A DNA stretch of 64,000 bases from positions 17,608,001-17,672,000 of the forward strand of contig NC_043018.1 in the NCBI RefSeq assembly GCF_006345805.1. The letters run 5' to 3'. The stretch is from Octopus sinensis. Its lineage: Eukaryota. A model generated the notes under the pieces. That model saw nothing but the letters and a program-made list of their open reading frames with translations. It ran no database searches and had not been told where the DNA came from. Each line of letters starts with the position of its first letter. Position 1 is the first letter of the stretch. Below are positions 40,748 to 55,010 of the stretch, piece after piece. Made by a program: the position numbers and the translations under genes.

Positions 40748-41193
40748 TTCAATGTTGTCAAATTCTAAAGAAAGCAAATAGTAAAGCGTGAAAATAGGAC
40801 TTAGATGTAATTTGATTAACATATTCTTTTATGCACAATCATACAAACTCAGATATAGATATGTAGATAGATAGTTAGAGAGAGAGACAGAGACAGAGAG
40901 AGAGAGAAAGAGAGAGAGACGGACAGACAGACAGAGACAGAGACAGAAAGAGATTAACTGATTGATTGATTGAAAGATAGTGATATATAATACGGGTGAA
41001 GAATTGATTCCTATCATGAAATTCATTCTACGGTTTAGCAGCGTTTAATAAGTCGTGGATGAGAATTCACAGAACATACACGAGGACGAAATCAAAGACA
41101 ATGCTATTACGACGGGGGTTGCTCATGCCTTCTCTCCATCCCCCCTCTATCTCTCTCTCACACACACACACACGTATATATATATATATATTT

Positions 41194-41194
<1 letters not shown>

Positions 41195-41235
<41 letters not shown>

Positions 41236-41300
41236 CGATAGATAGATAGATAGATAGATAGATAGGTAGTAGGTAGGTAGGTAGATAGATAGATAGATAG

Positions 41301-41365
<65 letters not shown>

Positions 41366-41417
41366 CACGCACACGCACAACCACACAACCACACACACAT
41401 ATAGATACATATATGTG

Positions 41418-41479
<62 letters not shown>

Positions 41480-41480
41480 T
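41195..41480. repeat. (GATA)n and (TA)n microsatellites
   Basis: Direct reading. Confidence 0.95.
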
Positions 41481-42815
41481 GAATGGAAGAGTTCAGCCAT
41501 GGGCTCCTAAGGAGCGTCCTCGTTCGAATTGCGTTGCTGCGCCTCTGTTTTGTTTTGTTCTGTCAACGGAATTCCTGTTTTTTCCTGAAGAGAAAGCCAC
41601 AATATGGTACCCTTATTTAATAAGAATTTGGAAATTTGTGGCCTTTGAAACATGTATAGAATGTAATAAAAGGAATTCTGTACAATCTTCGTTCAACTCC
41701 ATTTCTTCCATTCACTAATAATATTAAACTTCAATTATCCGCACCAACGCACGGTTGCCACACCAAATGGTCTTATCTCCAACCGTGCTTTTTTCTGCTG
41801 TGATTTTGGTACCCAGGTATCGGTTAAACTTTTGAATAATCTGTAACAAGAAAATTCATCTTTCTATTTCAACAATATATATATATATATATATATATAC
41901 ACGAGTTGTGTATGAAAAGTCTTGAGCCTCAAAAAAACAAAACATGGTACAAGACCTCTGATGAAGGTACAAGACTTCGTATATTCGTGTTGGTGTGTGC
42001 GTGTGTGTGTGTGTTTGCGCGCATATGTTTTCGTTTGTGTCTTTAAGAGTATCTATCTGTATATGTGTTGCTATATAAATATATATGCGTGTACAAGTTT
42101 TGGTGAGTTGGTGTGATATCTACACGGCACCATTCCACTAGTGTTTCAGCCGATCAACTCGATACATACTTTTCCTTCACCCTCCTCAATATTCAATACC
42201 CGCATAACATTCTGTAGCTATCAACCCACCACCACCACCACCACCACCATCACAACCACCATCCCCGACTCCTCTTAAACCACTGACTAGCAAACATCCT
42301 CATATAAATTCCTTACACTCTACCGACGCAAGTCGCCTCGTCCACTTCACATCTGTATCACTGACAATGGCAACAAATTAGGTATGCTTATAGTAATACT
42401 CACGTGAAAAAAACCTGATATTGGCAAATATCTTATCGAATTCCGTGCGAACATTATTAAGGATTTCCAGATATATGAATAGAATTGTTTTATACAAAAT
42501 CGGATGAATTTATGCACTGCCTTTAGGCTTACTCAGCCTTAAGGTAATACACTGATTCATGCAAAATTATAAGGTATAGAGCATCATCAAATGACATTAG
42601 CGGTAATTCTGTGTCTTAGAGAATCTTCTGAAAGCGATATTTGTGCTAAAATCATAACGCTTCGCTTACAATGTCAGAGGATTCTTAGAAACGGTGTTAC
42701 AGGCTGAAAACTGTAATTAAGTACGCTAATACTTTCGGGAGGACTCAGGGAACACAACGGACTCTGTGTTATTCTAAATTTGATCAGTTTCGCTATATAT
42801 ACATATATATATATA

Positions 42816-42862
<47 letters not shown>

Positions 42863-42932
42863 TATATACCCTCGATGTTATATAAATAGTGGAATTTATC
42901 TGTAATATAATATATGGCAATTGTTCGGTTGC

Positions 42933-42999
42933 CATAACAAAACTTCCAGTTTCGCATGTCGGGGCGGAAACCTGCTCCGGCATCTCGTCAGTTATTAAG
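42933..42999 (-). ncRNA. Type I hammerhead ribozyme motif, intact core
   Basis: CUUAAUAA-CUGACGA-G AUG[CGGA...UCCG]CAU G C-GAAA-CU-GGA-AG-U-U-UUGUUAUG: stem I 7/8 pairs, G10.1-C11.1, stem III ACU/AGU, GUU site. Confidence 0.7.
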
Positions 43000-43071
43000 A
43001 CAAGCAAAGAGAGCATTTTTGCCTTAATAACTGACGAGATGCCGGAGCAGGTTTCCGCACCGACATCCGAA
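42951..43071. repeat. 49-bp inverted repeat (2 mismatches, 23-nt spacer) duplicating most of the HHR
   Basis: Arms 42951-42999 and 43023-43071. Confidence 0.92.
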
Positions 43072-43348
43072 CATTTGTCACATATTATATAACACACATA
43101 CACACACTCACACACACACACACACACACAATACATATATTAGTGTAAAGAGGCTTTCCAAGGCGATATGTATTGACGTCTGTATGTAAATGGCACAACG
43201 ATAGGCAACAGGACTAGTATATATATATATATATATACTTTATTTTAAGCATCAGAAAATTCAGCTGCTTAAAATAAAGCATATTACTCTACCACTGGTA
43301 TTTGAGTACTCTTTTTTCCACCTTGTTTCACATTTATGTGTTTACTCC

Positions 43349-43424
<76 letters not shown>

Positions 43425-43459
43425 GTATATATATATGTATATATATACATACATAATGC

Positions 43460-44335
43460 AATTTACAATAATACCAGCAAGAAAGACTCTCCTGAAATAA
43501 ACTTAGAAAATCCCTCTGTTACAGAATACATTTAGAACAACAACTCAAGAAACAGTGGTGGAATGTTCACATTAAAAAGTATCTCAAATATAAACATAGC
43601 ATGCCGGATATTGTTGTTTGGGACAGGGGGGCAAAGTTATGCACCATCACAGAGGTTAACTCCCCTGCAGATAAAAATATCTCTATGAAAATCAAAGAAA
43701 AGCAGGATATCTATGCATCTATGCTTCGAAACATCCAGCTCTGATATCCAGACCAGGAATTCATACCAACAATAATTGGAGCACCAGGTTTTGTTAGTAA
43801 GTGGTGAAAGGAGAATCTGGATAAACTGGGATTTTCAGAAAGAGAACTTGACCGGCGAATTCGTACATTATGTAAGTGTGGAGGCGCAACGGCCCAGTGG
43901 TTAGGGCAGCGGACTCGCGGTCGGAGGATCACGGTTTCGATTCCCAGACAGGGCATTGTGAGTGTTTATTGAGCGAAAACAACTAAAGCTCCACGAGGCT
44001 CCGGCAGGGGGTGGTGGTGGTCCCTGCTGTACTCTTTCACCACAACTTTCTCTCGCTCTTTCTTCCTGTTTCTCTTGTACCTGTATTTAAAAGGGCCAGC
44101 CTTGTCACATTCTGTGTGTCACGCTGAATCTCCTCGAGAACTACGTTAAGTGTACACGTGTCTGTGGAGTGCTCAGCCACTTGCACGTTAATATCCCGAG
44201 CAAGCTGTTCCGTTGATCGTATCAGCTGAGACCCTCATCGTCGCAACCGACGGAGTGCTCCTACTACTACTACATTATATGAGTGGAAAAGTAAGAATAT
44301 GCAATACTCTTCTCAAGTTCCAAATGTGAATTTGT
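43460..44335 (+). mobile_element. R4/Dong-like RLE non-LTR retrotransposon 3' remnant, interrupted by SINE A
   Basis: KHSMPDIVVWDR...CTITEVNSPADKNISMKIKEKQDIYASMLRNIQL*YPD...IIGAPGFV is a PD-(D/E)xK restriction-like endonuclease. Confidence 0.8.
43878..44261 (+). mobile_element. SINE family A, full length
   Basis: TSD tacatta(tgta/tatg)agtg (43864-43878, 44271-44285) preceded by a (tac)n tail. Confidence 0.92.
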
Positions 44336-44851
44336 CTGTGCTAACTGCATCTCTGACATAATGAAATTAAAAGATATTTCACAGTCACATACGGCTCGCG
44401 TTTCCTTTGCCGTTCAGTGTATTTTAACAAGCGGGTTCCATGTTGTTTCCGTTATAAGAAGTGAGACAATTCAAAATATTAAAATAATTTATTTTCTTTT
44501 GGAACATTGAATCATGAAGCAGATAAAGCTATAACTAATTGGGCAGTAATAATTGGATAAAAGCCTCTCCGTGTGACATGATCACATATCTCTTGTAACC
44601 TTTGTGGACAGAGATCCCAGGTAATAAATAAAGTGGTAACATTCAGGGTACGCAAATCATTTGCTCCAGTTTCCTGTAGCAAGTGAAAGTGTTGAATATA
44701 TAAACAGATAGGCAGTTTGTTTCTCTGAGATGGTCAAATTAAAGTAGAATCGAAAATCGATTAAATTGTTGATTATTTTCTACAGTCAACGTAGGAAGAT
44801 TTAAATTAAGCCAGTTTATACATCTACTATATGCTATATAGGTTACATATA

Positions 44852-45059
44852 CAGTAATCCATCGATTATTGTGGGTGGTACGTTCCAAAACCTTCCTCAG
44901 AAATAATTAAAATTCAAAAAAAAATATAAATACCTATCGGCCGCAATAAGGCGCGGCATATTGTGGAGTCCGCGATATAAATTTAGATATATTAGCTAGG
45001 AAAATCCGCGATGTACTGAGTGCACAATAGGTGAACCGCGATATGTCAAGGGATTATTG
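44852..45059. mobile_element. pogo/Tigger-type MITE
   Basis: TA|CAGTAATCCATCGATTATTGTGG ... CCGCGATATGTCAAGGGATTATTG: imperfect ~23-bp TIRs starting CAGT after TA. Confidence 0.7.
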
Positions 45060-45414
45060 TGTATACGAATAAAATTATTAGTACATTCACACAAAAGGAA
45101 GTATCTCAAAAAGTCAAATTAGAAATACATCCCATTCGGTAGATACAGTATTGGGCTTTTCCTTATAATGTCTAATATCTCATGCGGTGAATATGACATT
45201 GGGTGAGCCATTATAACGTGCTACGCTGTCCACATCAATGTCTGATTTATGTTTAACTGAAACGCAACGTAAAAATAATATCTTCAAAAAGCTATCACAA
45301 ATATTAAACGTTGCACTTCCTTTGACTCATCCCTCGGTGAATATACATTGCTGCGCTACATTCTATACCAAACCAAACAAATATTTCTAGCTTTCACTGA
45401 ACATAAATGTACAG

Positions 45415-45845
45415 AGGCGCAGGAGTGGCTGTGTGGTAAGTAGCTTGCTAACCAACCACATGGTTCCGGGTTCAGTCCCACTGCGTGGCATCTTGGGCAA
45501 GTGTCTTCTGCTATAGCCCCGGGCTGACCAATGCCTTGTGAGTGGATTTGGTAGACGGAAACTGAAAGAAGCCTGTCGTATATATGTATATATATGTATG
45601 TATGTGTGTTTGTTTGTGTGTCTGTCTTTGTCCCCCTAGCATTGCTTGACAACCAATGCTGGTGTGTTTACATCCCCGTTACTTAGCGGTTCGGCAAAAG
45701 AGACCGATAGAATAAGTACTGGGCTTACAAAAAAAAATAAGTCCCGGGGTCGAGTTGCTCGACTAAAGGCGGTGCTCCAGCATGGCCGCAGTCAAAATGA
45801 CTCAAACAAGTAAAAGAATAAAAGAGTAAAGAGAATAAAGAGATA
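45415..45845 (+). mobile_element. SINE family B, full length
   Basis: A box tggctgtgtggt, B-box-like gggttcagtccc, internal (TA/TG)n, tail aaacaagtaaaagaataaaagag. Confidence 0.92.
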
Positions 45846-46380
45846 GTGGAATCGTTCCAAATTAGTGTAACGGCGCATTTAATCTCGGCAGGTTTTGAAT
45901 TTAAAACATAAGGCGAGATAATACATTAATGCAAGTCCGATGTTTATCGCTTGAAAGTCAACCACATTTAACATCCAAATAACGTTATCGATAGAAATGA
46001 TTCATCAAACACAAAGATTTATTATAAACATTTCGTTGATTTGTATGATTTTATTAAAAAAAAAAAACATTTTTGTTTACTTTGTCAATATTTATTTAAA
46101 TCCCAAGTGTGGATTTAGTATGTTATTGAATTGTTATCAGCCGTTTATGGCGAAGATGGAACATTTATCTAAGCAATGTTAATATTAATAAATCTTCACA
46201 TAAAACAATGTTAAAATCTTAATGTAATTAAAAGAAAAAAAAACAACGGCGCAAATACACGTACACATTAACAGAAAGACACATGCTAACACGTACACAC
46301 ACACACACACAAAGATATATATATACTTATATATACATACATTCATACACATATATATACTTATATATACATACATTCAT

Positions 46381-46450
<70 letters not shown>

Positions 46451-47364
46451 GCTCGGTTAGTGAATATATCTGCGTGCAAGTCTGCTAGTCAATTTAAAAG
46501 GAAAATAAGATTTCCTGTCAACTGTCAGCGGAGTTGAAATATTTCCAGACAAGGCTATTGCAATCTGATAGAATGAAATAATTTGCGTAAAATTCAGATC
46601 GGTCAAGTTTTTTTTAACCAGTTTCACAAAATCTAGAGAGTAAAATATTTTTCAACGGTCATATATCAACATTTTTTCTTTTTTTTTCTTTCATCGTAAT
46701 CGAGAGTAATTCATCATGGTGGACAATCGTTTGACGTTACTCAATGTCACAGCTAGTTTCAAGATGAATCTTTCGACAGTAAATTCTAATTGCAGATCGA
46801 TACTGGTGCACGTAGTCCATTTTGTCCAACTTCTGTATCAGCCGTGTAGTGTAGACAATTTCCAATGAGGTTCCGTACTTTCTTCCTCATGATTTCTTAT
46901 TTCTTAAACTCATTTGCTAATTCAGGAGGATGTCTATTATGTTGTCCCCGTGAATATGTCAAAGATGCGAAATATAGAATAGAGAAGAACCACAGAATAT
47001 TGTTACCAAAGTGATTCCTCAACTTCCCCGAAGAATCATATGGTGCATCCTATTCAGATTTGCTGCTCCAGCCTGCATCATATCACAAGCTGCATCTTCG
47101 CTCGCGTCATCCTCGATGTATTACTGGTACCTACATATTAAGTATGTCTCAGAAATGTTGCTTAATAACTGCACTGGCGCTGTGTACCTAGAATGTGTTT
47201 GGTCTATAAACGTTGCACAAGAGCTATCTGATATTTGAAAACCTAATTAAATTCCTTTAAAGAAACGTGTTTCAAAAGTAATTAACGGTTTCAAATACGA
47301 TGGAAAAATATAAATTCTGTAAATTGATATAACATCATGCCTATTTAAAGCACTCTACCATTAA

Positions 47365-47522
47365 CTGGGCTGGTACGTAAAAACACCCACGATAGTCTCG
47401 GAGTGGCTAGGTAGGTACCTGTGGAAACCTTGCCAAATTAGAGTGGAGCCTGGTGCAGCCTCCCGGGTTGACAGTTCTCAGTCGAGCCGTACAACACATG
47501 CCAGCATGGAAATCGGACGTTG
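47365..47522 (+). mobile_element. Degenerate SINE/LINE 3' fragment
   Basis: GC-richer block ending catgccagcatggaaatcggacgtt, resembling RTE-type tails (recognition by eye only). Confidence 0.4.
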
Positions 47523-47529
47523 ATAGATC

Positions 47530-47705
47530 GTTAGTCACTACACGCATTTTTTTCTCTCCTTGTTTTGTCTGTGACCCTTTCTGTAGAAGAGCCTAGGCTC
47601 GAAACTTAAAATACTTTTTCTATTCCTGAGCGTTATACTAATAAATCTGTTTATTTTGCACACCATCTGTCTTCGTCTTTTGTTTTTTTCGTAAACTCTC
47701 CCTAT
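47530..47705 (+). mobile_element. Short repeat family H (probable Penelope-like terminal repeat) with variant HHR at 47577-47612
   Basis: Homologous to 55011-55172 and 60916-61092; ends at (TA)n. Confidence 0.75.
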
Positions 47706-47800
47706 ATATATATATATTTACGCATAAACATGTGTGTCTGTGAATGTGTTAAATCAATGTTATTTTGGGGAATTTTTAAGAGTGACAAATCGCCATTTAC

Positions 47801-47940
47801 TGCTGGTATGATTCTATGCTGATATTTGTGTCAAATGTTTTGGGAATATCAAGCTGACTCATGTTTCTGTTTTGGCTTAACAGATTCATCAACCAGCGTC
47901 TTTTATATAAAGGAAACCTTCGTACTGCAAAGAGTCGTAT
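47801..47940 (-). CDS. Candidate exon (phase 0-2)
   Basis: Acceptor catcttacag|, donor |gtaaat; IRLFAVRRFPLYKRRWLMNLLSQNRNMSQLDIPKTFDTNISIESYQ; phase-compatible with the 48725-48805 exon. Confidence 0.2.
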
Positions 47941-48724
47941 CTGTAAGATGGTTGCGTAAGAATTTCAAAGAAATTAACATCTTTATGTCGTTCAATGAAG
48001 AAACCAATCAAATCAATAAACTCTTTAAATGTCAAGAAAAAGAAATTATAAAAATAACCCAGTAGAAACCGGTAGAAATTAGTGAAATTAGGGATGGTTG
48101 GTGGAGAGCAGAATATTGGCCAGTGTAAGAACAAAAGGGTTGAAAACGATTCTATAATCGAGGTCAATATGTCAAAATTAAGAATAATAGATTGTCATGT
48201 TGAGTGTATCTTGTTAACGAAGTAACTATTACATGCTTTCCATAAAATTTGGTGTCATATGTAAACTGTTTAAATAAATGTATGTTTGTGTGCGTATGTT
48301 TATATATATATATATATACAACAAAAGACTGGTAGAAGATTTTGATTTGAAATTCACCGGTGTTATCGTTTGAAGTTATCATATGACCCTATTACATGTT
48401 GAAATATACGGTATTTATATGATAACTATGTAATATATCACTTTATTTATCTTTGTAATATCTTGTATATACACCCTTTGTAAACAAATTTAGCGCTTTA
48501 AATACGTTTATTTGATACACAATTTTTGTGAGTGTATTTATTGCATTGTTCTGAAGAGAGAGAATTACCCCTTGGTTGTGATAGCAATCTATAATAGGAG
48601 GAACCATGCCATTAAACTAACAAATGTATCTATCAGGTATTATAACCAATCCATTGAAAATTTGGTGAGCTATTGTTATGTCTAAACGTACGCAGCAGTG
48701 CTGTGTTGTTGCAATACAGCTTAC

Positions 48725-48805
48725 TTCTTCGATGCTTATTATGGCCATTACCACAAATATTAAGATTGCCATCCAACGTAAAGTAGAACGTTTCATTTTT
48801 TGCAT
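48725..48805 (-). CDS. Candidate first coding exon encoding a signal peptide
   Basis: MQKMKRSTLRWMAILIFVVMAIISIEE then |gtaagc donor: basic n-region and ~13-residue hydrophobic core. Confidence 0.35.
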
Positions 48806-49777
48806 TCCGAATATAGCGAATATAGGATTACTTGAGGATTGCACCTCTCTCTTTCTCGCCCTTCCTCCACACAGGCACACATATCTCCCAAAGAGGCTGA
48901 CATACTAAAAAATATTGTATTATCCACATTGATGTCAATATATTTCCAACGTCATTTCTAAAAAATTATGCATTTGTTTCTATTTTTTGTGTATGTTTTT
49001 AATATCTTACTTTACTAGTCCTTAATCTGTTGTTGTTGTTGTTGTTGTTGCTGTTGTTGTTTTGGTCTTAATTTCTTTTCAACTTTATTCTTCCTCTCCA
49101 TTTATCGATTCACTTTAGTATCCAGTCATTTCTCACCTGATTCTCTTAAATTTCACTTTATATATCTTATTTTTATTGACAGATGCATGTATTCAACTGG
49201 AGCCGAAGATATTCAAAATGGCTGTTTTTTCACTCTATCCAACAATACACACAATGATGCTGTAGATGTAGCTTTCTGAATATAAATTCGTTTCTAAAGT
49301 TTTTCGTGGATTTCGTGTTGACACAGAAAGAAGGGAGAGAAGGTAGAGGAACTGAGAAAGATAACGGGAAAACTAAATATAAGATATCTGAAAAAAATAT
49401 ACTTGCATCGTTGCTTATATTTATGTAGATATATTTAGAAAACCAAACGAGACTTCTATATAGGAATTTCACACATAAACTGATGTATTGCGAAGTGATA
49501 CGCGTACGTGTCGTTGCACATTTAAAAGCATAACTGCATTAGTTTCCTATCAAAGCATGTTGTAATTATATATTTACTAATATTACCAGAGTGAGCTTCT
49601 CTAAACTTAAAACTACTTACACCTGTCATGTGGTTGTTTATGTGTTAAAAGCTTTTATTATTCAGCTGGGATTTACTTTAGTTTTGATTTCGGATGATCG
49701 GGATTTCTTACCTTAATTACTTACAAACAACATTGAATTTCTTCCAAAGTTTTACATGTTCACTGGTTACTGTATTA

Positions 49778-50210
49778 TACTCTTTTACTCTGTTACTTGT
49801 TTCAGTCATTTGGCTGTGGCCATGCTGGGGTACTGCTTTTAGTCGAGCAAATCGACCCCAGGACTTATTCTTTGTAAGCCTAGTACTTATTCTATCGGTC
49901 TCATTCACTGAACCACTAGATGACGGGGACGTAAAAACACCAGTATCGGTTGTCAAGCGATGTTGGGGGGGGGCAAACACAGACACACAAACATTCACAT
50001 ACATACACACCTATATATATATATATATATATATATAAATATATATACGACGGGCTTCTTTCAGTTTCCGTCTACCAAATCCACTCACAAGGCTTTGGTC
50101 GGCCCGAGGCACTTGAAGACACTTGCCCAAGATGCCACGCAGTGTTACTGAACCCGGAACCATATGGTTGGTAAGCAAGCTACTTACCACAGAGCCACTC
50201 CCACGCCTAT
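49778..50210 (-). mobile_element. SINE family B, full length
   Basis: Reverse complement of the 45415-45845 family. Confidence 0.92.
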
Positions 50211-51122
50211 AAACATCATTTTAGTTTAATACCATTTTCAACATTCATATTCAATCTACAATTTGCCACAAGGTTTTATCATAAAACTAAACATTATACA
50301 CTACATTTATGTATTGACTTATTGTTAACTTGAAATTTATATTTGGGTAAAAATTTCTATCAATATAATTGGCACCATCCAGAGTGGAGTATTTGGAAAC
50401 TGGATGCAATAGTCAGAGAGCTAGATAAACGAGATATATACCACATACATATACAAAATACCGATTCTAATGAAACACTAGATACGAGTCATCTTCTAAA
50501 AAGGCAAAGATAGACTGGGGTAAAAAACCTTTTTGCATAAGGACTGAAACATGGTTGACCATTAAGAAACAGCATAGCAGACTACACCAGTTACTGCAAA
50601 TAACCATAGAAATCTGTAAATAAAGAACTGCCAATATTTGGAATCTAGACAAACTGAGAATTTTTTTTTTAACATTTGAGTGAATTTTCCCCGTTTAAGT
50701 AAAATCGAAATACAACGTTCTTCCCTATTATATTGGCAAGAAAATGGAATTTCATTGGCAAATGTTGGTAGAAATGTAGTTTATGATTGGGAAATTAACA
50801 ATAATTACTTCCTATGGGTATCAAGCATAATTGTGTTCATAAAGTTTTAATTGAAGTTTATCTCATTTAGTTTCCGTCTCTTAAATCTTTCGAAAATATT
50901 AACCTTTCATATGCTTGTGCAAATTCCTTTAAATTACGAGGAGGAAAAGAAGTGACACGTTACACCGAATCGAACTCTGTAAGTCTCTTCACTTACTAAC
51001 AAGCAAATTATTCTTTCATTTACGTGAATTTTCTATAGGAAATTGAAATTTACCAAACAGAAAGATTGAATTTACTGGAAAATGGATAAGCTAAGCTAAT
51101 CTAAATATTCATACATGTTACA

Positions 51123-51124
<2 letters not shown>

Positions 51125-51163
<39 letters not shown>

Positions 51164-51484
51164 TGAGAGAGAGAGAGATACATACATACATACATACATA
51201 TATGCCTCTGAGGAAAGTCGTAACACTGGAAAGATTATTGGCGTCTTAGTATTTATACACAACATAAACAAAAATATTTCAATATTAGGTTTCCCTTTTA
51301 CAATGTATTTATATCTTGCTTCTATGAATTGAGTTGTAGCTTTTGGATTTAGAGAACATACACAAACACACCCAAGTACATATATGCATATATATATGTG
51401 TAAGTATATATATGTATATATGTACATGTTTATACATGTATGTATCTATAAGTATTTATATATATATGTATATATATATGCATA

Positions 51485-51518
<34 letters not shown>

Positions 51519-51530
51519 CATATATTAATT

Positions 51531-51569
<39 letters not shown>

Positions 51570-51570
51570 T
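51125..51570. repeat. Compound (TA)n/(TACA)n/(TG)n microsatellites
   Basis: Direct reading. Confidence 0.9.
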
Positions 51571-53998
51571 TGTACATAGATGTTTGAAAAATTACATGTA
51601 CAGGTAAAAATATACGTACATAAACATTTACGTGTATAGTAAATATTTTTGCATGCTCAAGTTAATGTATAGTCTTGCTCTGTTATATTATATTTATATT
51701 CAATTTTTGGCCTTTTTTTTGTAGATATTTTTAATCAAATCATTATTAAACGAAACCTCAGCAACTGAGTCTAAATGCACTCGACTATATTCTTACTTTC
51801 ATTTCCCCCGTAAGTGCCTCTTGCGATCCACGTCTTTTACAAAGGAGCAGCAAATGAAGAGGGAGCGGCTCTTATGTATTATCATGCTCATAGAGAGAGC
51901 AAACAAATCCCAACCAAATGCCTTCGTTGTTTCTCAGTAAAGAGTAGGGCCTATTAGCGAATGAAGTTTGGGATATTCTATGCTTGAAGAAAGAGGTTCC
52001 GATATGCGGTACTTGAATCACTTCGGTCATATTTGAATTTTAACAGTAAAGAACCAAACATTAGATACATATGTTTCTTGACAAATTAAATTAATAGCCA
52101 TATTTCTCTGACGTCATTCTCACATATGGGCAGCCAAAGACAGGACTATCAGCTGATTGGTGGATTTTTAGTCCAATCTTGACTATAATAAATGATTATT
52201 ATAATCAATAATCATTTATTGATTATACGCAATAAATGATTAGATATATTTATCTGTACACTGAGAGGATTATATATACATCTATCATACGCTATTTGGA
52301 TTAACGTCTCTTCTCTTAACACACAATAAGTTCGAAAAAAAATACTAAATATGGTTTGAAAGTAAGTCAATCCTACGTGGCCAATGGAATTTTGTGTTTC
52401 AAGCAAGATACTTCCAGTTGCTGTTAGGCTGATGCATATTTTTCAACCCAATCAATCACACGTCCTGTATTGGTACTAATACTCCTGTCCATAAGGAGCA
52501 CATGACCTGAAATGTGAGGGGAAGGGGTTATTTGTTTGCGTTGATTGGTTGATTGGTTGATTGGTGTTCAATTGGTATTTGTTTCATTGATCACGAAAGA
52601 ATGTAAGTCAAAGTCGACCTCGGTGGGATGTTTGGTACCAATATTAACACGAGCTTGTAAACTTTATGCTATAATTCTTGTTCTGAAACTAGCCCTGTTG
52701 CCTATCGCTGTGCCATTTACATACAGACGTCAATACATATCGCCTTGGAAAGCCTCTTAACACTAATATATGTATTGTGTGTGTGTTGTGTGTGTGTGTG
52801 TGTGCCTACCAACCTGTATGTGAATGTGCTTGTGAGTGTATGGAGAGATGGATGGATGGGTGGATGATAAATTTTTCCCATACCAATGTACAGTTTGTAA
52901 AAATGAAGGCCAAAAAGTGACATTGTATCTATAGAACAAATGATAGCAGGGGAGATAATCAAGCAACAACGGCCGATTAGAAACACTTTCTCTCTGCTAC
53001 TTCCTCGGCTTACAGAACAACTGATACCATTCAACAATATTACAAGCATGGAACCCCCTGAATGTTCAATTATTTCTAATTACTAATGAAAGCCTTAATG
53101 AGGTGGTTGATTTGTAGCTGTCACAGCCTACAGAAACAGACATTTCTATAACAGCGAGGTAATGTCGTAAAGACACTGAGATTTTTGACGGCTCTTACAT
53201 TTTCATTTCATTGGAAATTACAACCGTGAATAGAACATTTGTGTCAAGCACATCTTGTTAATTGTCGCCGTATCATGTATCCTGTCAGAGACCAGCTTAG
53301 TGTGGGATTGTTTGTTTTCTATTATGGTTTGTATTAATTATTCAGATATGCGTGTCGTAAAGGAGTGATTGCCTTTTCTGCAAGCTGTCACGCTGTCATG
53401 CTGTTAACAATCCTATGTTGGAATCTCTTCCCGGAGTTCTCATAAAAACAATTCACACGATATAATCCTATCTTTCCTGAGAAGATACAATACTCTGCGA
53501 GAATATATTTGTTTTGTTTTCGCGTTGTATCGTTTTCTTTTAGTGAGATAGTTAAACGTGTTGGCTGAGTTGCTAAAATGTGGAAATTGAACACTTTGAG
53601 ATTTTTTCATTGCAGCTCCTGAACTCAGAGCTTAAATATCGCTGAAGTCGACTTCGTCTTTCTTCATTTCAAACTCTATAAATAACGTAGCCCTTTCAGA
53701 CTGGAATCGATTCTCTTCTGTTTCTCTGTGAATAATTTCTCTAAGAAATCATCTCCAGTTATACTTTGTAAGGGACGGGCTCCACGAAGTCTAAAAATAC
53801 CTGACCTATAATATATTCCACGATGGCATCCATAATTATTCTTTCAACAGGTAAGGGCCCAAGGCAACGCAAGACAAAAATATAACATGAATGAATTATA
53901 TGTTGCGAGAACAATTACTGATTCAGTCTTCACAGGAAACTCTGTGAATTCCTATTTCCCAAAAGTGAGACCAGAATTTAAAATTCCGTAGTCAAATG

Positions 53999-54165
53999 TA
54001 GGCGCAAGTATGGCTGGGTGTTTAAAAAGGTCGCTTTGCATACAGAGAGTTTCAGATTCGGTCCTATTGTGTGGCATCTTGGCGCTGTAACCCCTGGACG
54101 GCTAATGCCTTTTCAGAAAATGTGCTAGACGGAAGAACATCGCATCTGATTATGAGATCGCCTGT
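53999..54165 (+). mobile_element. SINE family B, old diverged 5' part
   Basis: aggcgcaagtatggctgggtgtttaaaaaggtcgc...gtggcatcttgg...tagacggaa. Confidence 0.55.
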
Positions 54166-54169
54166 ATAT

Positions 54170-55010
<841 letters not shown>

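Noticed and set aside
47884-48664. Plus-strand mini-exons 47884-47942 and 48637-48664
   Set aside because: Good splice signals, but no consistent open chain with neighbouring candidates and no recognisable protein.
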